In this document: positions 45,378 to 59,743 of the stretch, one piece after another
Numbering within the stretch: position 1 is the stretch's first letter
How the letters are laid out: each line of letters starts with the position of its first letter
Assembly (NCBI GenBank): GCA_964016885.1
Contig: OZ024747.1
Span: forward strand, 84,072,001-84,136,000
DNA from: Eledone cirrhosa
Lineage: Eukaryota
Length of the DNA stretch: 64,000 bases
Reading direction: 5' to 3'
Program-made: the position numbers and the translations under genes
The notes under the pieces: model-generated
Told to the model about the DNA's origin: nothing
The model's input: only the letters and a program-made list of their open reading frames with translations
The model's database searches: none

Positions 45378-45561
45378 GGGGTGGATTGGCAGTATCGGTA
45401 GAGGGTCGGACGCCATGCTTTCCAGCATAGTTACGTCCCTTTACGATCTGAGTTCAAATCCCGCCGAGGTTGACTTTGCCTTTCATCCTTACGGGGTCGA
45501 TAAAATAAAGTACCAGTAATGCACTGGAGTAATTGCTGGCCTTGTGCCTAAAGTAGAAACA
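45378..45561 (+). mobile_element. SINE A (short form) within (ATT)n
   Basis: A and B boxes, core and tail; attattatt on both flanks. Confidence 0.9.
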
Positions 45562-45579
45562 ATTATTATTATTATTGTT

Positions 45580-46300
45580 CTTTGAGTCTCAGTCATTGAT
45601 GTTAGTTAACTGGAAAGTTTGTTGAAATGAATATCAAGCCACTACCTGCAGCCTCAGATATTCAGGACGTATCGGAGGGTTCTTGCTGTTCCCAGCAAGC
45701 ATGCCTTTTGAGGCGTTCCAAAAAGCGTGGCGGGGCCAATTTTCTTTAACCATCCCTGGAAACTTTTTGAGATAGTACTTAGTGCGCCTATGACAATCGG
45801 AACCACTTTGACTTCATGGCAGTTCCAAATCCTTTTTACTTCCCACTTTAAGTCCTGGTATCGGTTAATTTTCTCCCTCTCCTTCTCTTGCACTCTCGTG
45901 TCGAATGGGCAGGCCACATCTACAATCAGGCACGATCTTTTTTCCTTGTCCAAAACCACCAGGTCAGGTCTATTGTGTTCCAGTTTCTTGTCCGTCTGTA
46001 TCCTAAAATCCCACAGCACCTTCACCTGATCGTTTTCTATCACCGACTCTGGCTTATGCTCATACCACTTCTCAGAATGTGGTAAATTGTTTACTTTGCA
46101 TAGGTGCCAGTGGATCACCCTGCCCATCACATCATGTCTCCAGCCCTTATAGTGAGTCTGGGCTAGGTGTTTACACTCGGATACAATGTGAGCCACAGTC
46201 TCCTCTCTCTCTCCACAGATCCTGCACAGTGGGCTAGCCTCTTCCTTGTAAATATGGTGTTTCAACCACTTCGTTTTGAGGGCCTGCTCTTGCGCAGCCA
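45580..46300 (-). mobile_element. R4/Dong-type 3' fragment (CCHC + RLE) in (TAA)n
   Basis: AAQEQAL..CRIC-x8-H-x4-C..RHD..NRPDLV..IVDVACP..KINRY..PIVIGAL; attattattattattgtt at both flanks. Confidence 0.88.
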
Positions 46301-46321
46301 TTATTATTATTATTATTATTG

Positions 46322-46640
46322 TTGAAAGATGGGTGAGAGAAGCAAGAATGGCCCGAGTGAATGGGCCTACTCTGAGTACGTATATGTAAATTAAAGGTGG
46401 AAAACTGGGAGAGGGCACTTTCCTTGGTGGTCAGGGTCACTGTGGCCTTTTACTGGGCTTTCGCCACAAATGTCCCTCCGAAGTCTCCCCCCTATTGGGG
46501 AATTTTTCATTGTTATTTTTTTGTTACATCCTCTGTTTTTGTTTTTTACACGCAGAAATCCCCATTTGTACCGTCCTGTATTGTCCTGCACTGTCCTTAA
46601 TGTCTACTTTATGTAAACCCTTGTGGTTAATAAAGAAATC
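46322..46640 (+). mobile_element. Tx1 3' fragment within (ATT)n
   Basis: ERWVREARMARVNGPTL; ends cccttgtggttaataaagaaatc then (ATT)n. Confidence 0.85.
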
Positions 46641-46647
46641 ATTATTA

Positions 46648-46697
<50 letters not shown>

Positions 46698-46698
<1 letters not shown>

Positions 46699-49600
46699 AG
46701 TTGCATTTATCTTGCTTTATGTTCATACGAGTTATCACCAAGTCACAACCAGTGACCTCAAGAGACAACAAGGTCCGCCATGTTCAAGAAAGAACATACA
46801 TATTCACACATGCATCTTTAGTGTTTAGACTTGTGATGTACTTATATTGACAGAATCTTCCTTAGTATATGGGCAGTTCCCATTAGTACTATCTTTTGTA
46901 TTTCTCCTATACGCGGGTTTCCTGGGATTTGCGATAAGTAATCATTAGACCCCTTAGGTATCATTCCCAGAGCGCCTACAACCACTGGTATTGTTTTAGT
47001 TCTCAATTTCCACATTTTTCCAATTTCTATCTCCAGGTCCTTATACTTGCTCAATTTTTCAAATGTTTTTATAGATACATTCTTGTCTATTGGAACAGAC
47101 ATATCAATTAGCAGGCATACCCTCTTTTGAAAGTCTTTCAATATTATATCAGGTCTGTTTGCATCTATTTTTCGGTCTGTTTGGATGCTAAAGTTCCACA
47201 AGATTGAGATGTGATCTTTTTCAAGTATGGGAGGTGGTTGATGCTCCCACCAATTCTTTTGATGGGGCAGGTCAAAATGCTTACACATTATCCAATGTAT
47301 GTATTGTGCAGCTCTGTCATGCCTGTTTAAGTATTCGGTTGGAGCTATAGGACTGCACATTGAAATTATATGGTCAATGGTCTCTGGTTGTTTTTTGCAT
47401 ACACGGCATAATGGGCTGCACCCATTTTTTATTATGTTGGCTTGGTAATTTTTTGTTGGCAGACACTGATCTTGTGCCGATATAATCAGTCCTTCAGTCT
47501 CCGATTTCAGTCCAGAGGATGCCAACCACTGATGGGTTAAAGTTTTGTCAACATCAGGATTGTTAGCTCGCTCTGGGTATTTTCCATACAGAGGCTTTTC
47601 TTGCCATTTCTTAGCCAGTTTCTGTAGCAGTTCTTTCTTTGCAGTTACTTTTACCTGCTTTCCTTTTTCTGTGTTTTCCATTTCAGCAGTAAATGGGACT
47701 TCTGAAATTTGTAGTCCATTACTGTATCTTTGTGCATCTTTTGTAATGGAATATGATCTTTTGATGCTTTCGTGTTTCAAAACGAGTTTGATCATCCAAT
47801 CATGTGATTCCCTTAGATATGTAGATAATCCAATTGTTGCAGTTTTCAACGCAATGTCTAACTGGATTAACCCACGTCCTCCTTCTTTCCTAGGGAGATA
47901 TATTCTATCTATATCTGCCTTAGGGTGATGCATTCTGTGCATGGTTAAGAATTTTCGAATTTTTGTATCGAGCCTACGGATCTCTGTGCTTGACCAGTTG
48001 ATGACATTGTAACTGTAGGTTACTACTGGTATGGCAAGCGTGTTTATGGCATCGATCCTATTCCTTGCATTCAATTCCGTTCTTAAGATTGCTCTTACTC
48101 TGCGGTAACATTCCTTCCTTATCCTTTCCCTCATTGTCGAGTGCTTGATTCCGTCTCCTTCACAAGCACCTAGATATTTGTAAGTTTTTTCTTGATCAAG
48201 TTCTCTTATCACGTTCCCCCGATCAAGATTAATGTCTGAACTCTTCAGCAGCTTTCCTCTGGTGAACGTTGCTTTGGCGCATTTATCTAGTCCAAACTCC
48301 ATTTTAATGTCATCACTGAACTGTTTCACAGTGGATAATAGCCCTTGCAATTGTTCATCATTTTTTGCAAATAGTTTCAGGTCATCCATGTAGAACAGGT
48401 GATTAATGGTTTTGTCATAGACTTTATATCCATGTTTTGTTTCATTGAGCATTTTACTTAATGGTATAAGTGCGATGCAGAATAAAAGCGGCGATAAAGA
48501 GTCACCCTGAAAAATTCCACAATTAATATTAACTTCTCCAGCTTCCAGTGATTGTGTTTCACTATTCAAAAGGAGTGTCGTTTTCCATGTCTTCATACTG
48601 AATGACAAAAATCTCCTGACAACGGGGGATATTTTGAAAATCTCTAAACATTTTTCAATCCAACTGTGTGGCAAACTATCGAATGCTTTTTTATAATCTA
48701 TCCAAGCAATCGATAGATTTTTGTGTCTATTATGACAATCTTCCAGTATCATTTTGTTAACCAGAAGCTGAGCCTCGTTTACACCCTTTCTGCTCAATGG
48801 GAAATAGGTCATTTGTTATCAGGTGGTCATATGTGTATTCAGTTAGGACTGATGTTAAAATTTTATACATTGTGGTCAAGCAAGTTATCGGTCTGTAATT
48901 TTGGGGATTGTTTGTCTCATCATTCTTCGGAAGCAGGAATGTAATGCCGTTAACTAGCCATGAAGGTATCTTTTCTGGCTCCTTAACTATTTCATTGTAA
49001 AGTTGGGCTAACAGCTCATGAGACACTGTGAAGGCATTTATCCAAAAGTTTTGTATTTTGTCTTTTCCTGGGGATTTCCATTTGCTGGTTTTTCTTAGAG
49101 CCAAGCGCAACTGTTCAACTGTTATATTTTCCCATGTTTGTTCCTCAAGGTGAGCTGTATCTTTCATTTGTCTGTCTATCCATGGGGCATGTATGTTATG
49201 AACTTTTTCTTCGGCCCAGATCTTTTCCCAGAATTCTTGCACTTCCTCCTTGGGTGGTATTGATTTAGCAGTTATTGTTGACTTACCAATTTTTCTGTAG
49301 AAGTTTCTTTGGTTGTTTTTGAACATATTATTGTCCTTATAGAATCTAGATCGTTTTTCAAAGCGCCTTATACGAGCAGCTTTGGCCGACACTTTTTGCT
49401 TGATTATTTCTATCAGCATGTCTATGTCACATGTTGATTTTATACTGTACTTTTTTTTCAATTTTCTAAGTTTAGTTTGTTTAACATGTTCACCTACTTT
49501 ATAGTTTGTTAAAATTTCTATGTCAGATCGGAGAAGGTTTATTTGGCGATTGATGTTCTCTTGCCAAGTAGATTTCTTGTGGGAATTCCTTTGTTTTTTC

Positions 49601-50660
49601 ATCTTCACTCCACATAAGTGAGTGGTGACTTTAGCCGATGCATAATAGAGATGATTTAAATCAGTAATGTTTAGTTTGTTTGTGATGATAATGTTTTTGA
49701 GAACTATGTTAGTCTTGTGTATTATCTTTTGGTTCTGTTTGGAGTTCTGGATCTTAGGGAGGGTGTCTCGTTGCCCCATGTCAGATTCTTTCATTTTCAT
49801 CCATTCGATCATAATTTTATCCTTCAAGATGGCAAGTTCATTCTCATTCATTTCTTTATCATTTACGATCTCATTATTTTCATTTGGAGTTTCATCTTGA
49901 GTATGCACTCCCTCCACTTTTTCGATCCTTTCTTTAATTTGTTCTGTTGCCAGTGATTCCGCCCCAACCCTGGGATTCGAAGTGTTACAGTTTACCTCGT
50001 TTTCACTGACACTTGTTTCATTTTCCCTTCGCTGACTTTGTGCTAATAGCTTGATCTGATCAATTTCTATATCAGTTAGTAACTTTTTTTTACAATATTT
50101 CTTCGTATATTGGCTAGTTTGTTACTGTCAATATAGCCTCTGTTTTCGGGATGTTTCTTTTTCCAGTTGATATATGTATGTTCTGTATTCGATGTATTTG
50201 ATGGGTAGTACATGGCAGTGTAGAAAGCCTCAAGGACTTCTTTATTATCTTCCCTTGACCATTTTTCTCTCTTTTTCTTTGGATTTCTTGGTGGTGAGCA
50301 TGGAGGGCCAACAGTAGGAGTATTCCGGTTATGGGAGGTCTCCAGCTCCGAAGTGATGGGAAGGTTTGAACCATTAGCTGATTTTTCGACCCCAGTCTGG
50401 TTCCTCTCTGAGGAACGCGGCCCTTTTTTACCCGGGTGACGGCCGATCCGGTATGAGATTTTATCATTAGACATTTACTTTATTTTGTCGCGTTTTATCC
50501 TTATCCGCCAAGGGGTAATCATTTCGTGTTACCACTTCTAGAACGAGTGTCAACCAAGACTAGAGGGGTCGTTCTCCCCTAGAGACACGGCTATTCCCCG
50601 CCGGCCGCCATCCCGGTATTTCTTGGTCACGGGGTTTTCTTTTTGTTGTTTTTTTAAAAT
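46698..50660 (-). mobile_element. near full-length R4/Dong-clade non-LTR retrotransposon
   Basis: Single-ORF layout with Myb-like N-terminus, RT, CCHC and RLE; 3' end abuts (TAA)n at 46641-46697; 5' boundary approximate. Confidence 0.9.
46842..50474 (-). pseudogene. Dong-like ORF (RT + CCHC + restriction-like endonuclease), two frameshifts
   Basis: Track ORFs 50076-50474, 48757-49917 and 46842-48812; KSPGKD, NYRPITCL, WIDYKKAFDS, GIFQGDSLSP, YMDD, CRVC-x8-H-x4-C, RHD, RPD..ID..K. Confidence 0.9.
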
Positions 50661-51009
50661 TGTTATTATCATGAGTGGTTCCTTAATGTGAGCATTGCGT
50701 GGCTTAAGAATGAAATTATTAATAATTGTCTCCACTCCAGGCACAAGGCCAGCAATCACCCAGTGCATTACAATAATATAATATACTTTTTGTTGTAGTT
50801 GGCTGTTATTGTTGTTGGCTATGTCGGTGGTGGTGCCGGGGCTTTTTATATTGTTGGTGAGGAAGGGGTGAGCCAGCAGTCCCATAGTTGTTGATGTTGA
50901 CGTTTGGCCGTTGGCCAGGTCACTAAGTCAATCTATTTATATCTTTTGCTAGCCTCTCCCTTGTCTAGTGATACCGCCACCTTCCCCTTTCTCTCTCAAG
51001 TTAACAGGG

Positions 51010-51480
51010 GAATAGTGGTGGTAGCATTGAAGGAGTGGTGGCGGCGACGATGGGATAGTGGTAGCAATGATGGATGGGGTGGGGGGTGGCGTTGTGGTTA
51101 CTGATATGTAGTATCTATGAGTTTGTGTTCGTATGTTTAATATATATTTTTATTATATTTTGTGTTGACATATTCCCGTAAAATTGGAATTAAACATTTT
51201 TTTTTAAATTTGAGACAATAATAATAGTAATTCTATAATAGTAATTCTATAATGTGGTGGCAGCAGCCAGCGAGGAGATGTGGGAGACAGTAGCGGCGGT
51301 ATCGATACTGAGACAGTGGTGGTGGTGATGTCGATACCGAGGCAGTGGTGGTGGTGATGTGATCGTATTACTGTAGTGATGGTGTTGTAGCGGCGGTAGC
51401 AATGAAGGAGTGGTGGCGGCGGTGATGGGATAGTGGTGGTAATGACGGCAGTAGTGAGTGGTGGTGGTGAAATTGCCGTT
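51010..51480. repeat. degenerate (GGT)n-rich low-complexity region with a ~40 bp duplication
   Basis: gtagca.tgaaggagtggtggcggcg..gatgggatagtggt at ~51021 and ~51396. Confidence 0.7.
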
Positions 51481-51875
51481 ATCTGGCTGTTGTGTTTAGT
51501 GTACACAGAGAGGTGATGGGGTAGGTGGTGTATCTAGTTTCTGGTGTTGGTGAGATTGGTGTTGTTTGGCTGTTCTATATAGTGTAGACAGAGGAGGGGG
51601 GGGGGTTCTTCTTCCATTTATAGCCATTTTCTTTTTTGAATATACAATGTACAATACAAAGTTGAATATTTGAATATTTGAGCCTTATAACAATATATTT
51701 TGGGTCCGAATTTTTTGGGGCTCAAGCCGGATGCTTTGCGTAGCATTTGTACTAAGAGTTGTTATTTCACAAATGATTTAAATATGTTAAAAATTCAAAA
51801 CTTACGGGAGCGATTTCATGACCTTCCGCCACCTCGTGCGTCTTCTTCCTTATTATTATTATTATTATTATTATT

Positions 51876-51949
51876 TCAGGGTCATTGTGGCTTTTTACTG
51901 GGCTGTCCTTAATGTCTACTTTATGTAAACCCTTGTGGTTAATAAAGAA

Positions 51950-51950
<1 letters not shown>
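51876..51950 (+). mobile_element. internally deleted Tx1 3' UTR fragment within (ATT)n
   Basis: Matches 46432-46459 joined to 46591-46639; (ATT)n on both sides. Confidence 0.8.
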
Positions 51951-52005
<55 letters not shown>

Positions 52006-52028
52006 ATAGGAAAATATTATATATATGA

Positions 52029-52127
<99 letters not shown>

Positions 52128-52220
52128 TGTATACACATATACAGACAGCCATATACAGTGGGGCATTAAATGCTCTCGGTCTTTCGTCCCACATATTTCG
52201 TTCTTTTTTCGTGTATAATT

Positions 52221-52361
<141 letters not shown>

Positions 52362-52729
52362 TAGTAGTGAAAGAGTGAAGAATAACATGGTCGGCTGTAC
52401 AAAAAAGGTTTTATTTGCAGTATTAACAATTGTTTCATTGATCAGATGAGTCTAAAGGCCGCTAATCACTGGAAATTGCGTCACTCGACCCTAAATACAG
52501 TGTGTCTCTGATCAAATCATCGGAATACTCCGATGATTTGATCTGCATGGGAATTCTCGCAAACACGCTACCTAACTAAGGAAACCTCTTGTTGAGTCAA
52601 ACAACGCCGTACGTTAAAACTATCCATAGTACAGAGTACTCACAACCTCTAACTGGATTACCTAAAACGATAACTTGTTATCCCATATATATATGTGTAT
52701 ATGTATATATATATGTATATATATTTATA

Positions 52730-52788
<59 letters not shown>

Positions 52789-52805
52789 ATATCTATCTAT
52801 TTATC

Positions 52806-52842
<37 letters not shown>

Positions 52843-52843
<1 letters not shown>

Positions 52844-53092
52844 TACACTGCCCGGGCGTTACCGACCTGTGGGGCTATGTAGAACGACTATTGTCGCGGG
52901 TGGGACCAATCCGATTGACCACCGAGTCCATTGTCATGATCAAACCGCCACCCTCCGTCAAAAACGAAGGAGAGGCGGTTTTCCTTTAAATTGCATTTGT
53001 GATAATATTTTACACGTTTTTATTGTATGTAAACTCCCCCCTTTGTATTTGTCCCCTTCTTTTGTGTCCCTGTGGCTAATAGAGAAACATGT
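52843..53092 (+). mobile_element. internally deleted Tx1 3' fragment
   Basis: [36 protein letters not shown]; ends gtggctaatagagaaacatgtcta. Confidence 0.8.
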
Positions 53093-53093
53093 C

Positions 53094-53150
<57 letters not shown>

Positions 53151-53588
53151 GTACGTGTATTATTGATGGACATGAGAAAAAGTACTCAATACCTAAGTAG
53201 AGTATAAAAATATTAATCTAATGACCAACTGGTGAGCGTTGTTGCTCTGTTACTCTTGTGTGTGTGAGGGGGGGTTAATGTGTGCGTATGCGAGAGGGTG
53301 CGGGGCGATACCAGTTACATCTTACTTTAATTGCCAGAAGAGGATACAATCTGACAATCAAAAGTGATGTCTCGTACAGGTGAAATCACGTTTACGATAA
53401 ACACGTGACCTTTCACACCTGGTTTCTAGAAAAACAGTAGCCAACTGGGCGAGGATCAATTACAGGTAGGATGGCCAGCCGAGGAACTTAAAACCTTAAT
53501 ATGTCGTGTGTGTACACACACACAACAAACTCACATACACACTCAAGCGTGCACGCACACAGACAAACACAAGCACACACACGCACAC

Positions 53589-53719
<131 letters not shown>

Positions 53720-53956
53720 AAAAACATGAGAAGAAAGAAGAATACTGCGTGGTTGCACATGGGTTACATATGATAAAAATAGTCCTTCGTCAGTGATTTT
53801 CCAACCATCATTGGTATTTCATCGCATTAAAAATCAGATACCTCAGGTTGGTGCGAGCAATAACTAAAAAAAGTTATTGGGACCAGTAATCGCGTAAAGC
53901 GAGGGGGACAAGTGAACAACGTAGAAGGATAAAAACAAACCTTAATATATATATAT

Positions 53957-54008
<52 letters not shown>

Positions 54009-54009
54009 A

Positions 54010-54081
<72 letters not shown>

Positions 54082-54270
54082 CGTTTCTGAATTTGTTTAG
54101 CAAGATTCTTTATCTGAAATCGTGTGTTGAAACCGATATTGTTATACTTTGGGAGGGTCATGTTGCCAATAATAAACACACGCACGAGTTGCTTTCACTT
54201 CAATTTATTATATATTTATAAATTTCTGGTTGGTTGGTTGGTTCCACAACCAGATAGTTGTTTATATATA

Positions 54271-54313
54271 GTCATAGTTCTTTCGTCACACACTCTGTGA
54301 CCTCTTCAGTGAC
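54271..54313 (-). ncRNA. minimal type I hammerhead motif
   Basis: Exact reverse complement of 54350-54392. Confidence 0.65.
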
Positions 54314-54349
54314 TGGGGATTCCTTTCTTTGTTTCTGTGCCTCTCCTTT

Positions 54350-54392
54350 GTCACTGAAGAGGTCACAGAGTGTGTGACGAAAGAACTATGAC
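54350..54392 (+). ncRNA. minimal type I hammerhead motif
   Basis: gtca CTGAAGA g gtcaca gagtg tgtgac GAAA gaac TA tgac. Confidence 0.65.
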
Positions 54393-54535
54393 TATATATA
54401 AACAACTATCTGGTTGTGGAACCAACCAACCAACCAGAAATTTATAAATTTGTAAATTTATAAATATATAATAAATTGAAGTGAAAGCAACTGGTGCGTG
54501 TGTTTCTTATTGGCAACATGACCCTCCCAAAGTAT

Positions 54536-54642
<107 letters not shown>

Positions 54643-54695
54643 ATATATATATATATTAATGTATATATATATACAATATATATATATATATACAA

Positions 54696-54733
<38 letters not shown>

Positions 54734-54801
54734 CAATATATATATATACATATATATTTATATACATATATATCTATATACATATATATATATTTATATA
54801 C

Positions 54802-54860
<59 letters not shown>

Positions 54861-54915
54861 TATATATACATATATACATACATATATATATACACACACA
54901 CTTATATATACATAT

Positions 54916-55016
<101 letters not shown>

Positions 55017-55294
55017 AATATATACACACACACACACACATTTACACCCATACATACACATGTTTATGTATATGTGTGTGTAAATATTATTACAGATACA
55101 AGACAGCCCACTTGCCTTTTTCTATTTAATTAGCCGATGTTTTTCTTTTTCGTTTTTTCTTTTTATTTGTTTTGTTTTCGTTGTTGTTCACCTTTTTCCT
55201 CTCCTGATAATTATCACTTGATTTTTTTTATCTAATTATTTTGTTTTTGTATTTATTTCTTTGGTATTTAGAACACCTATTAACTTTACCTCAG

Positions 55295-55770
<476 letters not shown>

Positions 55771-56958
55771 TAGCATCTCATTACATCATTAAACGTTATG
55801 CTGAATGTTGCATACAATTACAACAACCACAACCACAACAACAATCGCACCGGCAAGAACGATCTCAACAGCTACAGTGGAAAAAAAACAAAACAAGCAA
55901 GAACGACAAAAACAACAACAACTACATGTTCAACAACATCAAACACCACAATACTGGCCGCATAAGGCAAGAAAGGGTTCTCTTTCGGTCATGACTGGTC
56001 ATTAGGTTTGCTTCTCCAAGGTACAAGCCTGGACAAGGTATTTAGTCGACCAACATCTGTCCAAGCCTGTGAGTCTCGCTTCCGTCTATCATTGATGTTG
56101 TCCAAAAGGAAGGTAAAGTTTAATACAACTTGGCACCAGAGTCGTCGTAACTAAGTGTTTAAGGACACAACACGTCGTCCGGGAGTCCATCTCATGACCT
56201 TACGATTGTGATACCAGTAGCTTAACTTCTAAATTTCACTATGTATCAGTAACATCAATAACAACATCAACAAAAGCTTTCAATGTCCATTCTTCCCAAT
56301 TAACTTTAAATTATTGAGACGGGGAGGAGAGAAAAAAAAGTTATATTAATTGGAAAGAAAACATCTGGAGATAGCTGTAATTCTAAATAGACAGGCACAG
56401 GTGAAGATGTGCGATTATCACTAGAATATTGGCTAGTCTTGACTAGACACACGTCGTTGTTGTTGTTGTTTAGCTCCAGAGCTGCCCTAATCGAGGAAAC
56501 GTATGATTAGAGGCGTTCCAGCTGTAAATACGCTGTCTCCATAATATCAGGGGCTGCCCAAGTAAAGATATACAATTATCAGTCAAATATTGCATAGATT
56601 TGACTACATCCCCGTCGCTGTTTCTGGTGTTGTTTAACTCCAGATCAGCTCGATTCGAGCAAATACATCTTCAAAGGTTTTCCAGCTGTGACTATGCTGT
56701 CTTTTTCTAAATATCAAGATCTCTGTAGTCTATTAGATCCTCCTTTATTTGAGACAGCGACAGGGTATGATTGAGCAAGATTTGTATACAATTTCAAGCA
56801 GATCGACTGACCACGTAAAAGCCTCCCTCGTCGGCTGACAAGACTTTATCTTTTACCTTCATTGGCTCACAATGATGAATATATAAATATTTATATATTT
56901 ACATTGTCTATTTACAATATTTATATAATTAGTTATATATTTTCATTATTTATATAAA

Positions 56959-57146
56959 GAGCGGTGGATTGGCAATATCGGTAGAGGGTTGGACGCCATG
57001 CTTTGCAGCAAAGAGTTACGGCCCTTTATGGTCTGAGTTCAAACTCCGCCGAGGTTAACTTTGCCTTTCATTCTTGCGGGGTCGATAAAATAAAGTACCA
57101 GTAATACACTGGCATAATTGCTGGCCCTGTGCCAAAAGTAGAAACA
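56959..57146 (+). mobile_element. SINE A (short form) with 14 bp TSD
   Basis: TSD attatttatataaa at 56945-56958 and 57147-57160. Confidence 0.9.
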
Positions 57147-57373
57147 ATTATTTATATAAATATTCATATATTTAAAAAATTATATTTAAAATATTCATAT
57201 AAATATTTATAAATTTACAATGTATCATTACAATATTTATCTCATATTTCTAAATTTACAATATATTTATGCTTACAATATATACACTATCGATCACCGA
57301 TTATCATCTGGCAACTTATTTCTGTATATATACATTGTTCCAACCTATATTCGAACAAGAAATCTTTATTTAA

Positions 57374-57581
57374 CCCTTTAGTATATCCGGCCAGAATTCT
57401 CTCATCTCTTTCTGTTCAAACTGGTTGTAACAGGCTGCTCATACTGATGTTAGGGTATTGTTCTTAAAATAAATAATATCAAAATCTCGTAGATTCGATA
57501 TTATGTGAGATACTTATGTGAGATAGAGTGTTTACCTCAAAAATACAATAGTATATATAGAGTAATGTAAATGCTAAAGGG
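57374..57581. mobile_element. piggyBac-type MITE
   Basis: TTAA-ccctttag .. ctaaaggg-TTAT. Confidence 0.6.
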
Positions 57582-57898
57582 TTATAAACGAAAAACAGTA
57601 ATGTACTTATCCATTATGACATTAGCTTATGTTCGTTTGGACGTTGTTTTGTTTTGTTTCAATGAGTTCGTATGTCAATATATAAGTCTCATTTTTTCAA
57701 CCAATTAACAGTTATTAAAGCGTCTGGTTAAATGACTCACGGTATTTGTTCCGGCTCTCTGTGGTGATAGAAAGAAACAATTGACAATATTGTTTCTGGG
57801 TTATTGTCATCGTTAGAACAAAACGATGATGATGGTCATCTCAAAAACATAGCGTAAGGAGGCTGTTTACTTGCAAACGAATCAAATGTTATTATTAT

Positions 57899-58493
57899 CA
57901 GTATCGGCAGAGGGTCGGACGCCATGCTTTGCAGCATAGAGTTACGGCCCTTTACGGTATGGGTTCAAATCCCACCGAGGTTAACTTTGCCTTTCATCCT
58001 TATGGGGTTGATAAAATAAAGCACCAGTAATGCACTGGGATAATTGCTGGCCTTGTGCCAAAAAAGAAACAATTATTATTGGATTGGCAGTATCAGCAGA
58101 GGGTCGGACGCCATGCTTTGACGCAAAGAGTTACGACCCTTTCCATTCTGAATTCAAATCCGGCCGAGGTTAACTTTGCCTTTCATCCTTACGGGGTCGA
58201 TAAAATAAAATACCAGTAATACACTGGCGTTAATTGCTGGCCTTGTATTAAAAGTAGAGGCGATGTATTAAAAGTCGAGGGCGATGGATTGGCAGTATAG
58301 ATAGAGCGCCGGATACCCTGCTTTGCAGCATATAGTTACGGCCCTTTACGTTCTGAGTTCAAATCCCGCCGAGGTTAGCTTTGCCTTTCATTCTTACGGG
58401 GTGGATAAAATAAGCACCAGTAATACACTGGGATCGATTTAATCGAATTTCCCCTCTCCCCAAATTGCTGGCCCTGTGCCTGAAGTAGAAACA
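57899..58493 (+). mobile_element. three head-to-tail SINE A copies
   Basis: 57899-58071, 58081-58258 and 58285-58493; attattatt at the first junction and at the end. Confidence 0.9.
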
Positions 58494-59112
58494 ATTATTA
58501 TTCGGTATAAAACCCACGAATGGATATTTAACATTAATTTCCAATAAACTTTTCATGAATAAAAATAAATCGATATTTGCTGTATTTTTTCCACACCAAT
58601 CTGCAAGCTGTGGTCTTTCCTCCCTCAATATTGACAAGCTATCAAGGGCGGTGCCCCAGCGTGGCCTCAGCCGGATGGCTGGAACAGGTAAAAGAGTAAG
58701 CTGAGGTTTATTCTCTCCCCTTTCCTCCCCCAATATTAAAACCCTGCAGAAGTCATGGCCGCTGTCTTTTCCCTCTGACTAAGCTACAACAATAATAACA
58801 TTACACATTCGTTTGACTAGGCACAAAGCCAATGTGGGTAACTGGCTGATTGTATGATAGTCGATTAAAAGCAATCCAGTTCCTATTTATTTATTTATCT
58901 ATTTGTCATTTTGTTTTATTGTTAATTATTTTATTTGTTTCAGTCATTAGACTGAGGTCATACTGGGGCAGTCTTGAAGGGATTTCGTTGATAGTATTGA
59001 CCCCACGATGATACTTATTTTATAGATCTCTTTTTTGTCGATTCAATAAGTTACCGGAGATAAACAAACAGTAAATATAAACACACACACACTTTCACAC
59101 AAACACACAATC

Positions 59113-59600
59113 AGCATCATCATCGTTTAACGTCCATCTTCCACGTTAGCATGGGTTAGACGGTTTTGTTCCATGTCTCGCTCGCACGGAAGCGTCTCTG
59201 GCAGGGTTTTTTTTACAGCTGGATGCCCATCCTAACACCAACCACATTTACAGTGTGGACTGGGAGCCTTCTCACCGTGTCTCCTACACGGCCACCTTAC
59301 AGTGTGGACTGTTGTGTCATCGACACAGTGGACGGAACAGGAGAGGGAGGATGGGGTAGGGTGTGGCGGTGGGGTGTACATTGAGTTTAGAGGTACCTAC
59401 TGACTGTAGGTGTGTATGCAATGGTAATCGGGTCTCCTGTACAACTGCATGGCGCCAAAGGTCTCGATCCAGTGTCATTGTCTGAGAGAGGTGTAGGTGG
59501 GCAAGGTCAGTTTTTATCACTCCGTCCCAGGTTTTTCTCGGTCTACCCATTCCGCAGCTTCCATCAATTTTCATTGCCCTACACTTTTTTATACAGCTGT
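59113..59600 (-). mobile_element. RTE-clade LINE 3' fragment (same family as 41100-41708)
   Basis: GRPRKTWDGVIKTDL..DRDLWRHAV; (GAT) tail. Confidence 0.8.
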
Positions 59601-59743
59601 CGTATATATATATATATATGTGTGTGTGTATATATATATATATGTGTGTGAGAGAGAGAGAGTCCCGGATTCAAACGGGGGTAACTACAGTAAGGTACTA
59701 CATTAGTAGAGTATCATCATCGAATTTAATAATATAGAAATGG

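Noticed and set aside
45378-45465. tRNA gene suggested by A and B boxes
   Set aside because: No cloverleaf or oligo-T terminator; it is the head of a multicopy SINE
45654-46418. 254 aa ORF as a single gene
   Set aside because: Chimeric read-through of antisense Tx1 sequence, (TAA)n and a Dong-like fragment
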